Of a stretch of DNA of 64,000 nucleotides, positions 25,996 through 37,889 are shown piece by piece. Source of the stretch: Mustelus asterias. Lineage: Eukaryota. Each line of letters opens with the position of its first letter. Within the stretch, counting starts at the first letter, position 1. The DNA lies in assembly GCF_964213995.1 (NCBI RefSeq), contig NC_135811.1:110298001-110362000 (forward strand). Reading direction: 5' to 3'. The notes beneath the pieces were generated by a model. That model was not told the origin of the DNA and did not search any database. It saw only the letters and a list, made by a program, of their open reading frames with translations. A program made the position numbers and the translations under genes.

Positions 25996-28495
25996 CGTCC
26001 ATGTTGTTCACCATTAACCATCTTGTGGGCTGCGAAATGTGAGCCACAATAACACTCAGCTTTACATCGATTGATGGCGAGTGTCTCGTATTCCAGGAAC
26101 CACTTCCACACCCATTCTGCTTCCAATGTCACAACAAATGATGCTGTCCCACTGCATAGCCCATGAAACAGAGCATGGGCAGCTGGGTGGGTGGGATCAT
26201 TTCACCCGAGGAGTCGCTGGAACCATTTCTTCCAGAGTCCGATGGGTCTGCAGAGCATTTTTATCAGTTTCTCTTTTCAGTTTAGATTTTCATTCCTTTA
26301 ATTTCTGTCATCACTTTATCCACATCGTTTCTTACCCAGCTTTCACCTGGGATGTTAAACCAAGCCCCTGTCCCATCGGTCCTTTCCAGTGGATATAACA
26401 GATCCCTTGTCGCTGCTTTGAACTCTTTGGAGGAAGGGCAGGAGTTATTCCCTTTGCTGCCGTTTATCAGGGTCTGATTGTCCCAAGTGGCCACAGGGTC
26501 TGAAGGAAAGAGATGGAGCATTTTATCAACTGATAATCACTGAAACAGGTTATCTGCTCATTACCCCATTGCTGTCTGTGGGAGCTTGCTGTGCACAAAC
26601 TGGCTGCTGCATTTCATAAAGGACTTCATTATCTCTCGGACATCCTGTCGTTGTGAAGGGTACGGGAGAGATTCAAGCCCCCCTTGCTTCGTTCTCTTTC
26701 ATTTCTCTAATCCCCCATTCCCTCTTATCCTTTCTCTCTTACCCATTCCTCGGTCATTGGGAGCAGATTCTCCTGATATCGTTATCATTCCTGGAAAAGG
26801 TTCCTGTGTGAAGCTGTTTCACAGCAATGCCATTCGCTGTATCCGAGCAACTCAGAGAGTCGTTGTTATTGGAATCTGCCCTTCTTCCATTTCGCCGAGT
26901 ATAGGATAAGCAGGGACCCTTCGACTTGTGATGTCATCCTTCCGGTGAGGAGGATAGAACAAATTCCCTCTTGGATTCCCACCTTCTGGCAAACGGCATT
27001 GGGGGAGGATGGCTAATGATTGGGGAAACATTAATACATGGAGCAGCCTCCCCTACAGACCTTCCCTCTGTCTATGTCCATCTGTGACAATCAGATTATT
27101 AAACATGGGGAGAAACTTGGGATCCAATGTCCAGGAAATCACATACTCAGGATGTTATTCTTTACATCTCATTCACTGGTGCAGGAAAGAATGGGGACTG
27201 CATCACTGCTCCAAGAAACATTCCGGTCCTACAACAAACATTCCAAAATTCATAAAATTCCCACCTCTGTCTGAGACATGTAACAGTGAGTGGGAGATAC
27301 ATTGAAACTGAGACACAGATGCATTAAAGTTGTAACAAAGAGATTGGGTCAGAGAGAAATTGAGTGAGAAGTTTAACCTGTCCATTTTTCCAATGTCAAG
27401 TCAGTGTTAAAACTCCAGAACCTGCTGCTTCCGGATGGCAGTGAACATGGAAAAGGTGCCACATGGAATTGGATCATTATAATCTCCCAGGTCTCCACGT
27501 GACGCAGGAAACTCGAGACTCTGCGCTAGTTATAACTGCACTTGCTCTTCCACAGATTTGACAATAATTATAAATCCTCTGGTCTTAGACGCAATGTTAA
27601 AATAAAAACAGAATTGCTGGAATAAATCTGCAAGCTGCTCTCCCCTAAGGGAGCCATTAAGTCCATCAGTTAAGCATTTGCCTCAGAAGTTTCCAGTCCA
27701 TGATTAAGACTCTGGCTGGACTAATGATGGAAACTTGGATGGAATGTGGAATGTGGTCATTACCTTGGCTCAGATTGTTCCTGGCAGGAAGCCTCTAATT
27801 TTGGTGCAGTGGGGTTAAGTTGCAGAAGGAGCCTGTTTCTGGACAGATTGTGCCCCATGCCTGGACCCAGGCTGTTCCTGTTATTAAGTTTAAAATGAGA
27901 AAATTTAACAGAGGGAATGAACTCCTTCAGGAAAAGACTCTTGAAACTATCGCTTTCAGAACTATTTCCATTTCTCAGCATTTAAACTAGTTTCTGTTCG
28001 AATATCTCAGTCCTGACAATTCTCCTGATTCTCCCCAGCCTCTCCCACTTCCTTCAAACTAATTTCACAGGACAGGAATAAGAGGCCATTCGGCCCGTTG
28101 TGTGTGAGCTAGCCTTATGAATGAATTGTCATTATTCTGACATTTCCTTGGACACGTTTAATTAAATTACTTTCAAATATTTATCCACTTTCTTTGAGAA
28201 GAAATTTTAGATACTGGTTCCCAACTTTCTCGAACTGTTTCTGCTCAGTAAATGCTCCATTCAAACACTGGGATCCTCCTGCCGCGCTCGCCCCAAAACC
28301 GGAGAATCCTGCCCAATTCAATGGACCTTTGCGTGGTCCGTTCCTCGCCCGCTATGATTCCCGTGGAGGCGGGACGGGAGAATTGCCCCCACTTTCTGTT
28401 TAAAACAATTTCTCCTCCCATCCGCCTTTGTGATTTTAGTAAATGATAAACCTTCGGTTTTACCCATTCTTGGAACAGTGACATATTCTCCCTAC

Positions 28496-28862
28496 TCGAG
28501 AGGCAGAGACAGGGTGGATAGTCAGAGGCTTTTTCCCAGGGTGGAAGTGTCAATTACAAGGGGGCTCAGGTTCAAGGTGAGAGGGGGAAAGTTTAAGGGA
28601 GATGTGCGGGGGAAGGTTTTCACGCAGAGAGTGGTGGGTGCCTGGAACGCACTGCCAGAGGAAGTGGTGGAAGCAGGCACATTAGCAACATTTAAGAGGC
28701 ATTTGAATGGGTACAAGAATAAGGAGGGAATAGAGGGACATGGATCGAGTAAGGGCAGGTTTGAAGGTTTATTTCGTTTAGTTAGGACATCATGATCAGC
28801 ACAGGCTTGAAGGGCTGAAGGGCCTGTTCCTGTGCTGTACTGTTTTTTGTGCTTTGTTCTTT
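28496..28862 (+). mobile_element. CR1 3' end
   Basis: DSQRLFPRV...FTQRVVGAWNALP and tail GAAGGGCCTGTTCCTGTGCTGTA. Confidence 0.85.
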
Positions 28863-28934
28863 GACCTTATAACGACCTCTCATCCTTTCAAACCCCTCTG
28901 TCAGGTTCCAATTCAGTTCCAACTAAAGTCTATT

Positions 28935-29920
28935 TAAACCATAGAAACGCAGAATCAGAATCACAGAATTGTTACAGTGCAGAAGGAGAACATTCGGCCC
29001 ATCGTGTCTGAACCGGCTCTCCAAATAAGCATCATGGACTTAGTGCCATTTCCCCTGCCTTTTCCCCATATCCCTGCACATTGTTCCTTTTCAAGCAATC
29101 ATCTAATGCCCTCTTGAATGCCTTGATTGAACCTGCCTCCACCACAACTCCAGGCAGTGCATTCTAAACCCAAACCAGTTGTGTGAAGAAGTTTTTCTCA
29201 CCTCATGTTTGCATCTTTAGCTAATCACTTTAAATCTGTGCCTTCTCATTCGTGATTCTTTTACAAGCGGTAACAGTTTCTCCCAATCTACTCTGTCCAG
29301 CCCCCTCGTGATTTTGAACATCTCTAACAAATCACCTCTTAGGCTTCTCTTCTCCAAGGACAATAGACCCAACCTCTCCAATCTCTCCTCATCACTGAAG
29401 TTGCTGATCCCTGGAATAATTCTTGTAAGCCTCTCTACTCTCTCTCCAATGTGTTCACATCCTTCCTACAGTGTGGCTCCCAGAACTATACACAACATTC
29501 CAGCTGAGGTCTAACTAGTATCTTGTATAAGTGCAGCATCATTTCCTTGTTCTTGTACTCTGTGCCTGTATTAATACAGCCCTGAATACGATATGCTTTA
29601 TTAACTGCTCTCTCCACCTGTCCTGTCACCCTAACCCTAATGCACAGTTACACCCAGCTCCCTCTGCTCCTGCCCTTTTAGAATGTTACCCTTTATTTTA
29701 TATTGTCTCTCCACGTTATTCCTACCAAAATGCATCACCTCTCACTGCTCCACATTGAACTTCATCTGCCACCTATCCGCCCACTCCACCAACTTGTCTC
29801 TGTCCTTTTGAGGTTCTACACTGTCCTCCTCACAATTTACAACACTTCCGGGTTTTGTGTCATCTACAAACTTTGAAACTGTCCCCTGCGCACCAGGACC
29901 TAGATTGTTAATATAAACAA
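28935..29920 (-). mobile_element. CR1 3' fragment
   Basis: Reverse-complement homologue of 1680-2590. Confidence 0.85.
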
Positions 29921-30479
29921 TGGATCATGTTGTGGCCATGATGTGGAGATGCTGGCGTTAGACTTGGGTAAGCACAGTAAGAAGTCTCACAACACCAGAT
30001 TAAACTTTGACCTGGTGTTGTGAGACTTCCATCTTGTGGTGACAGAAACTACACCTCGAATCATTTACAACAAATCTAACAAAATGAAATTGATTTTTTC
30101 ATTGTTAAGGATTGTCACATTCTTCACCTGCCCTGAAACAGAAAGCTGAATATTAGCCAGAGGTTGAGAGGGAACGAGGGAGATAGTTTTAACCCCAAAT
30201 GTACATGAATTTCCTGATCATTGGCTGATGGTGACTGCAGAGAAATTTTAAACTTCTTTCTGTTAGTTTCCAAATCCCTCGAGTGGTTTAGCCCCCGGAC
30301 AGAATGATTACTTGGTGTCTGCCTTTCTGTTCTGAACACTCTTGTCCAATATCATCAACATTACATTTCAGACTGAGAACTGGAGCTTCCTCCCAAAATT
30401 TATCCAGGCTGCATTTCTGAAAAGAAATGAAGAAAAGAGAGAGCGAAAGAAGGTGGAAATAGAGCCAGGGATAAAGAAT

Positions 30480-31045
30480 GAGAGAAAGAAAGTGAGACAG
30501 AGAGAGAGAGAGAGAAACAGACAGAGAGAGAGGGAAACAGAGAGAGAGAGAGAGAGTGAAACAGACAGAATGGGAAACAGAGAGAGAGAATGATTGAAAC
30601 AGATAGAGAGAGAGTGAAACAGAGAGAGAGAGAGAAACAGAGAGATAGGGAAACAGAGAGAGAGAGAGAATAATTGAAACAGATAGAGAGAGAGAGAGTG
30701 AAACAGACAGAGAGAGAGAGAGTGAAACAGACAGAGAGAGAGAGAGTGAAACAGAGAGAGAGAGAGAGTGAATCAGACAGAGAGAAAGAGAGAGGGAAAC
30801 AAACAGAGAGAGAGAGAATGATTGAAACAGACAGAGAGAGAGGGAAACAGAGAGAGAGAGAGAGTGAAACAGAGAGAGAGAGAGAGAGTGAATCAGACAG
30901 AGAGAAAGAGAGAGGGAAACAAACAGAGAGAGAGAGAATGATTGAAACAGAGAGAGAGAGAGAGTGATTGAAACAGACACAGAGAGAGAGAGTGAAACAG
31001 ACAGAGAGAGAGAGAGTGAAACAGACAGAGAGGGCGGACAGAGAC
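30480..31045. repeat. GA-rich compound microsatellite
   Basis: (GA)n with GAAAC/GTGAAAC spacers and an internal ~120-bp duplication. Confidence 0.9.
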
Positions 31046-31479
31046 AAAATGCAATGGTTTTTAAAGGTCTGAGTGAACAAAATGTAATTGGTGTAATTCT
31101 AGCCAGGCACCCCCCACCCCCTTGCCCTCTAGTTGACCCTTACTGTTGGCTCACACATGAAGAAATTTGTCTTTCCAACAAGATGCCAGAGGACAATGAG
31201 TCATCTGTAAAATGTTTGGGCAGATGCCTGGGCACAGAATGTGCTGGTTGGATCCCAGGCAGATCTCAACTTCTCATCCTGGCTGTTTATAATCAGCCGC
31301 CCTGTTGCCCTTGGTAACTACTTTCAATGACATTGAAGGACATGGAAAGATAGATCTCCTGTCAACATTGTACTGATGTGGGAGACAAATCGCTGCCTTA
31401 AAGCTGAACTGTGAGCAGGGGCGGAATCTCCAGGAGGTAGTTATACCGGCTAAATATTCATTCAGGTACAGCACCAAGT

Positions 31480-31885
31480 CTCACTACATTGCTGAGATTC
31501 TGAACTGTGTAGGTCCGGTCTGGCCACTCTGCCACGGAATGATCCATGCTGGCGTACTGTGCTGTATCGCCTCTCCCTCATGGGAAAATGTAGACAGAAA
31601 AACACCTTTGGCCACAAGTCTATCATGTAATGTCCTGGAGGCCCTGCGGGAAAAGGAGATGGTGGATCCTATTGGATGGTTCCCTGAGCAGACTGACAGT
31701 GTCATCTGGCAGAATGCCTCATCACCAGAACTTCCAAACAAGCAGCAAGACCTAGCCTGGCTGCTGGTGAGAAAGACCCTTCCTGTCAGCTCCTTCCTCC
31801 ACACTTGGAGTCTCACCCACATTGCCCTCAAGGTGGCTCTGGTGAGAAAGAGACATTTCCATCTGGAATGTCCCTTTGCAAAGAA
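31480..31885 (+). mobile_element. Tx1/L1-clade LINE C-terminal relic
   Basis: WQNASSPELPNKQQDLAWLLVRKTLPV...HFHLECPFAK resembles the zf-RVT region of Tx1-type ORF2. Confidence 0.6.
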
Positions 31886-31889
31886 GGCT

Positions 31890-34290
31890 TCAGTAAGAAG
31901 TCTCACAAAACCAGGTTAAAGTCCAACAGACTTATTTAGTAGCATGAGCTTTCAGAGCACTGCTTCTTCCAAAGAGACAGGGAAGTTATGGCAGGTTACA
32001 GGAACCATGGTGTACAAAGGCTGTAATGAATCTAGTCAAGAAGAAAAGAAAAGCTTACAAAAGGTTTAGGGAGCTCGGTAATGTTAGAGATCGAGAAGAG
32101 TATACGGCTAATAGGAAGGATCTTAAGAAGGAAATTAGGAGAGCCAGAAGGGGTCATGAGAAGGCCTTGGCAGGCAGGATTAAGGAAGATCCCAAGGCAT
32201 TCTACAAGTATGTGAAGAGCAAGAGGATAAGACGTGAAAGAATAGGACTTATCAAGTGTGACAGTGGGAAAGTTTGTATGGAACCGGAAGAAATAGCAGA
32301 GGTACTTAATGAATAATTTACTTCAGTATTTACTATGGAAAAGGACTGAAAAGCTTGAGCATGTAGATATTAAGAAAGAGGATGTGTTGGAGCTTTTGAA
32401 AAGCATCAAGTTAGATAAGTCGCCGGGACCGGATGAGATGTACCCCAGGCTCCTGTGGGAGGCGAGGGAGGAGATTGCTGAGCCTGTGGCGATGATCTTT
32501 GCATCATCAATGTAGACGGGAGAGGTTCCGGAGGACTGGAGGATTGCAGATGTTGTTCCTTTATTCAAGAAAGGGAGTAGAGATAGCCCTGGAAATTATA
32601 GACCAGTGAGTCTAACCTCAGTGGTTGGTAAGTTGATGGAGAAGATCCTGAGAGGCAGGATTTATGAACATTTGGAGAGGTATAATATGATTAAGAATAG
32701 TCAGCATGGCTTTGTCAAAGGCAGATCATGCCTTACGAGCCTGATTGAATTTTATGAGGATGTGACTAACCACATTGATGAAGGAAGAGCGGTAGATGTA
32801 GTATATATGGACTTCAGCAAGGCATTTGATAAGGTGCCCCATGCAAGGCTTATTGAGAAAGTGAGGGGCATGGGATCCAAGGGGACATTGCTTTGTGGAT
32901 CCAGAACTGGCTTGCCCACAGAAGGCAAAGAGTGGTTATAGATGGGTCATATTCAGCATGGAGGTCGGTCACTGGTGGAGTGCCCCAGGGATCTGTTCTG
33001 GGACCCTTACTCTTTGTGATTTTTATAAATGACCTGGATGAGGAAGTGGAGGGATGGGTTGGTGAGTTTGCTGATGACACAAAGGTTGGAGGTGTTGTGG
33101 ATAGTGTGGAGGGATGTCAGAAGTTGCAGCGAGACATTGATAGGATGCAAGACTGGGCGGAGAAGTGGCAGATGGAGTTCAACCCAGATAAGTGTGAGGT
33201 GGTTCATTTTGGCAGGTCAAATAGGATGGCGGAATATAATATTAATGGTAGGACTCTTGGCAGAGTGGAAGATCAGAAGGATCTTGGGGTCCGAGTTCAT
33301 AGGACGCTCAAAGCAGCTGTGCAGATTGAGGCTGTGGTTAAGAAGGCATATGGTGTACTGGTCTTCATCAATTGAGGAATTGAGTTTAGGAGTCGGGAGA
33401 TAATGTTGCAGCTATATAAGACCCTGGTCAGACCACACTTGGAGTACTGTGCTCAGTTCTGGTCACCTCATTACAGGAAGGATGTGGAAGCCATAGAAAG
33501 GGTGCAGAGGAGATTTACAAGGATGTTGCCTGGATTGGGGAGCATGCCTTATGAGGATAGGTTGAGTGCGCTCGGCCTTTTCTCCTTGGAGAGACGAAGG
33601 ATGAGGGGTGACCTGATAGAGGTGTATAAGATGTTGAGAGGTATCGATCGAGTGGACAGTCAGAGGCTTTTTCCCAGGGCTGAAATGGTTGCCACAAGAG
33701 GACACAGGTTTAAGGTGCTGGGGAGTAGGTACAGAGGAGATGTCAGGGGTAAGTTTTTCACTCAGAGGGTGGTGGGTGCATGGAATGGGCTGCCGGCAAC
33801 GGTGGTGGAGGCGGATTCGATAGGGTCTTTTAAGAGACTTTTAGATAAGTACATGGAACTTAGTAAGATAGAGGGTTATAGGTAAGCCCAGTAATCGCTA
33901 AGGTAGGGATATGTTCGGCACAACTTTGTGGGCTGAAGGGCCTGTATTGTGCTGTAGTTTTTCTCTGTTTTCTATGTTTCATCAGGTGAGTGGAGAGTTG
34001 GGTTCACAAACATGGCATATATAGACAAAGGCACAATTGCAAGATAATGGTTGGAATGCGAGTTTTAACAGGTAATCAAGTCTTTACAGGTACAGATACT
34101 TGGTTATTGATAGCCAAGTTCCGTACACACGAGGACGGCCTCAACCGGGATCTTGGGTTCATGTCACACTACCTGTAACCCGCACCATTTGGCCTGGACT
34201 TGCAAAATCCTACAAACTGTCCTGTCTGGAGACAATTCACACCTCTTTAACCTGTGATTCCCTCTCTCCACTCACCTGTCTCTACCTGTA
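31890..34290. mobile_element. Penelope-like element split by a CR1 insertion
   Basis: CAGTAAGAAGTCTCACAA..ACCAGGTTAAAGTCCAACAG..TTCTTC ends at ~31970 and resumes ATCAGGTGAG at 33981, with a GIY-YIG-type C-terminus LIAKFRTHEDGLNRDLGFMSHY. A related short copy lies at 29940-30030. Confidence 0.55.
31972..33980 (+). mobile_element. CR1 LINE, 5'-truncated, young
   Basis: Overlapping ORF pieces 32026-33885 cover the RT (SQHGFVKGRSCLTSL, YMDFSKAFDKV, FADDTK) and end in a (TTTCTATG)-like tail. Confidence 0.92.
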
Positions 34291-34312
34291 AACCCTGTTT
34301 TGGAGACACTAC

Positions 34313-35651
34313 GGGGGCGAGTCTCCCATCCCGCTAATTTATTTGCACAGGCGGCCGGGAGCTTTCAGCAGGGCTGGATGAGCACGATCCGCGCTGAGCG
34401 TCCGGTACCGAGCGCCTCTCCCAGCGCCAGATTTCTGCCACTGTCAGCTCTGCGCCAGAAATAAATGCGGAGATATACATTAGGTAAGCGGGGGATTTAA
34501 TGTCACTTAAATATCATTAGCGGGCCTGGGACTGAAGCCTCCGAACCCACTTGCATCTCCCTCCCATCAGAGTGGCTCACTCCAGTGGGGTTTACTGGAG
34601 CTCTTCTCTTTCAGGGAGTTGGCAGCCCAACCCCACTGGCAATCGGGACCCCCAGAGGGTCAGGGCAGTGGGTGGTGCCTGCTGGGCATTGGCATCTTGG
34701 CAGTGCCAGCCTGGGCCCCCTGGCAATGCCCAATGGGCAAAGAGCCAATGCCCAGGGGGCACCTTTGCACTGCCCATCTGACATGGGGCAGTGCCAAGGG
34801 GGCAGGGCTTATGGGGCAGGGCATAGGGAGTCTCGGGAATATAGGGGGGTCGGGACTGTGGGGGTGTTTGGAGCTTCAGGCGGGGTGGCACTGCGGGGGG
34901 GGGTTGGGTCAACGGGGGGGTGGAATCAGGGGGTTGGAGATCGGGGAGGACTGGGAGAGGGTGCTTCGAGGCTGGTCCTGCAATGGTCAGGGGAGGCAGT
35001 GGTTGGGCCGTGGGAGGAGGGGGTGGTCACATCGCCAGCGATGCGGGGTTGCAGTGCTGGCCAGCGATCAGGAAGCCAGCAGTGTGCCCCTACACTGATC
35101 AGCGCATGCGCAATGGCCCCCTCAGCGCTCTACTGCCGGTGTCTCGGGTGGGAATAGGCCCCGCCCCTGATTTTCAACGATATTCGTGCTGGTGGCCTCT
35201 GCCACGCACAGAGTGTGAGAGATTCTTCCTGAACTCCCACTGAAAAACCAGCGTGAATTACTCCAGTTTTTTAAAAATACTTTTTCAATCAAATCAAATC
35301 CAATTCAGAGTCTCAACAAGTTGAGACATTTCAGATCCAGGCTGACAAGACAGGGCGAGCGACCAAACCACCCTGTCCTGGGCCCGATCTACATGAGCCA
35401 AGCTGATTGGAGAAGGGGGAGGTTCCTCCTCCAAGACTTGAGCTCATTTGCATCTTAGCCAAAAGGCCGAGATGCCGCTTTTAAAAATTGCTTCATATGA
35501 AGCCTCAGCGTAACCCAATGACCTCAACCAAGTGCGGCCGACCATGGGCTGCCGTCCATACACTTGATCTTAGCCAAAAGGCCGAGAAGTGAATTACTCC
35601 AGTTTTCACGCAAATTCGCCACTTAAAATATTTTTGGGGGAATCCCAGCCC
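34313..35651. mobile_element. MITE-like element (GGG(C)..TCTCCC / GGGGAAT..GCCC termini) hosting the U2-headed insertion
   Basis: Imperfect terminal inverted repeats and a GC-rich body with no coding capacity. Confidence 0.5.
35271..35588 (-). mobile_element. U2 snRNA-headed retroposed element (SINE-like), ~318 bp, with 18-bp TSD
   Basis: Minus strand begins CTTCTCGGCCTTTTGGCTAAGATCAAGTGTA (U2 nt 5-35), has a second U2 piece (nt 7-27) at 35472-35452 and a (GATTT)n/A-rich tail. Flanked by GTGAATTACTCCAGTTTT at 35253-35270 and 35589-35606. Confidence 0.85.
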
Positions 35652-36164
35652 ACATCTGGAACACCACGTTCAGTTTTGGTCTTCACATTTAGGAAAGGAT
35701 ACCCGGGCGTTGGAGGGAGTACAGCAAGGTTCACTAGATTGGCTCATTGGGATGAGGGGGTGAGTAAATTGGGTTTATATTCTCTGGAGTTTAGAAAAAT
35801 GAGAGATGACCTCACAGAAACCGACAGGATTCTGAGGGGTTTGATAGGGTGGATGCGGAGAAACTGTTTCCATTGGTCGGGGAATCTGAAACATGGTGGG
35901 GGGTGGGGAGGGGCTCAGTCTCAGGGGGGCTGATCATTTGGGACTGAGATAAGGAGAAATTCTTCCACTCAAAGCGTTGTGAACCTTTGGAATTCTCTCC
36001 CCCAGAGGGTTGTGGATGCTCAGGTGTTGAATATATTTAAGGCTGGGACAGGCAGATTTTGGACTCAGGGGAATTAAGGGATCGGAGAGTGGGTGGGAAA
36101 ATGACGTTGAAACCCAAGATCCATCAAGAATGGTGGAGATGCTCAATGAGTTATACGGTCCAGT

Positions 36165-37225
36165 CCATAGAACCATGGAATCCTACAGTGCAGAAAGAGG
36201 CCATTCAGCCCATCGAGTCTGCATCAACTCTCCAAAACAGTGTCACACCCAGGCCCTCCCCTCCGCCCTATCCCCATAACCCTGTGCATTTTCCATGTCC
36301 AATCTACCTAACCGCACATCTTTGGACTATGGGAGGAAACCAGAGCACCCGGAGGAAACCCATGCAGACACGGGGAGAACATGCAGATGCCACACGGACA
36401 GTGACCCAAAGCCAGAATCGTACCCCGGTCCCTGGCGCTGTGAGGAAATTGTGCCACCATGGCGCCCCTGCCTCTTGTGTTCTTGTAGACTGTGTGCCTG
36501 AAGTGGAATGAATATTGTAAATATTGTAAATATATTGTAAATATATAAAGGGCGGCACGGTGGCACAGTGGTTAGGGCGGCACGGTAGCACAGTGGTTAG
36601 CACTGCTGCTTCACAGCTCCAGGGACCTGGGTTCGATTCCCGGCTTGGGTCACTGTCTGTGAGGAGTTTGCACATTCTCCTCGTGTCTGCGTGGGTTTCC
36701 TCCGGGTGCTCCGGTTTCCTCCCACAGTCCAAAGATGTGCGGGTTAGGTTGATTGGCCATGCTAAAATTGCCCCTTAGTGTCCTGGGGTGCGTAGATCAG
36801 AGGGATTAGTGGGTAAAATGTGTAGGAATATGGGGGTAGGGCCTGGGTGGGATTGTGGTCGGTGCAGACTCGATGGGCCAAATGGCCTCTTTCTGTACTG
36901 TAGGGTTTCTATGATTTCTATGATTGTCTATGGGGGAAGGGCAGGAGGAGTGGGGCCAGCCAAGTTGTTTCTGTAGAGCCACACAGATACACTGGGCCGA
37001 ATGGCCTCATTCTGAGCTGCATGTTCTCCCCGTGTCTGCATGGGTTTCCTCCGGGTGCTCTGGTTTCCTCCCATAGTCCAAAGATGTGCGGGTCAGGTAG
37101 ATTGGACATGGAAAATGCACAGGGTTATGGGGATAGGGCGGAGGGGAGGGCCTGGGTGTGACACTGTTTTGGAGAGTTGATGCAGACTCGATGGGCTTCT
37201 GCACTGTAGGGGTTCTATAATTCAT
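36165..37225. mobile_element. Cluster of three HE1-like SINEs (36165-36465 -, 36550-36915 +, 37017-37220 +)
   Basis: Conserved SINE body and tail motifs. Confidence 0.8.
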
Positions 37226-37889
37226 TCATAGAATCATAGAATCTACGGCACGGAGACAAGCCTTTCAGCCCAAACTGGTTCCTGCCGACCAAAATATCCA
37301 TCTAAACTAACCCCGTTATATTATTCTAAATTTATTACACTTTCTGTAATTTTCAATATTTTGTAAGGTATTTTAACAAATTTAATGAATAAAGTATTTT
37401 TTTAAAGATATAGACATACTGATGCTAACTTTCACTCAGATACAGCTTACCTGATATTACCTAATACTGAGGCACTAACTCTGCGGGAGATATTCCTCTG
37501 CTATCTGCGATTATCTGCTGCGCTGAAGCACCACATTATTGAAACACCAGAGGGCACCAGCGAGCCAGAGTTCACTCTATTGAATCATAGAATGGTTACA
37601 GCTCAGAATGAGGCCATTCGGCCCAGTGTATCTGTGTGGCTCTACAGAAACAACTAGGCTGGCCCCACTCCTCCTGTCCTTCCCGCATAGACCTATAATT
37701 TTAGCTGCTTCTCCATTTCCCCATTGAAAGTCAGGACTGTATCTGCTTGCACCTTATGCTCAGATGGTGAATTCCAGATCCTGACAGTTTGCTGCATAAT
37801 TTTCCTCACGTTGAACAAAGAACAAAGAACAGTACAGCACAGGAAACAGGCCCTTCGGCCCTCCAAGCCTGTGGCGCTCCTTGGTCCAA

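Noticed and set aside
35452-35589. Functional U2 snRNA gene
   Set aside because: Only nt 5-35 and 7-27 are present, with no Sm site or 3' stem-loops, and the segment is flanked by a TSD.
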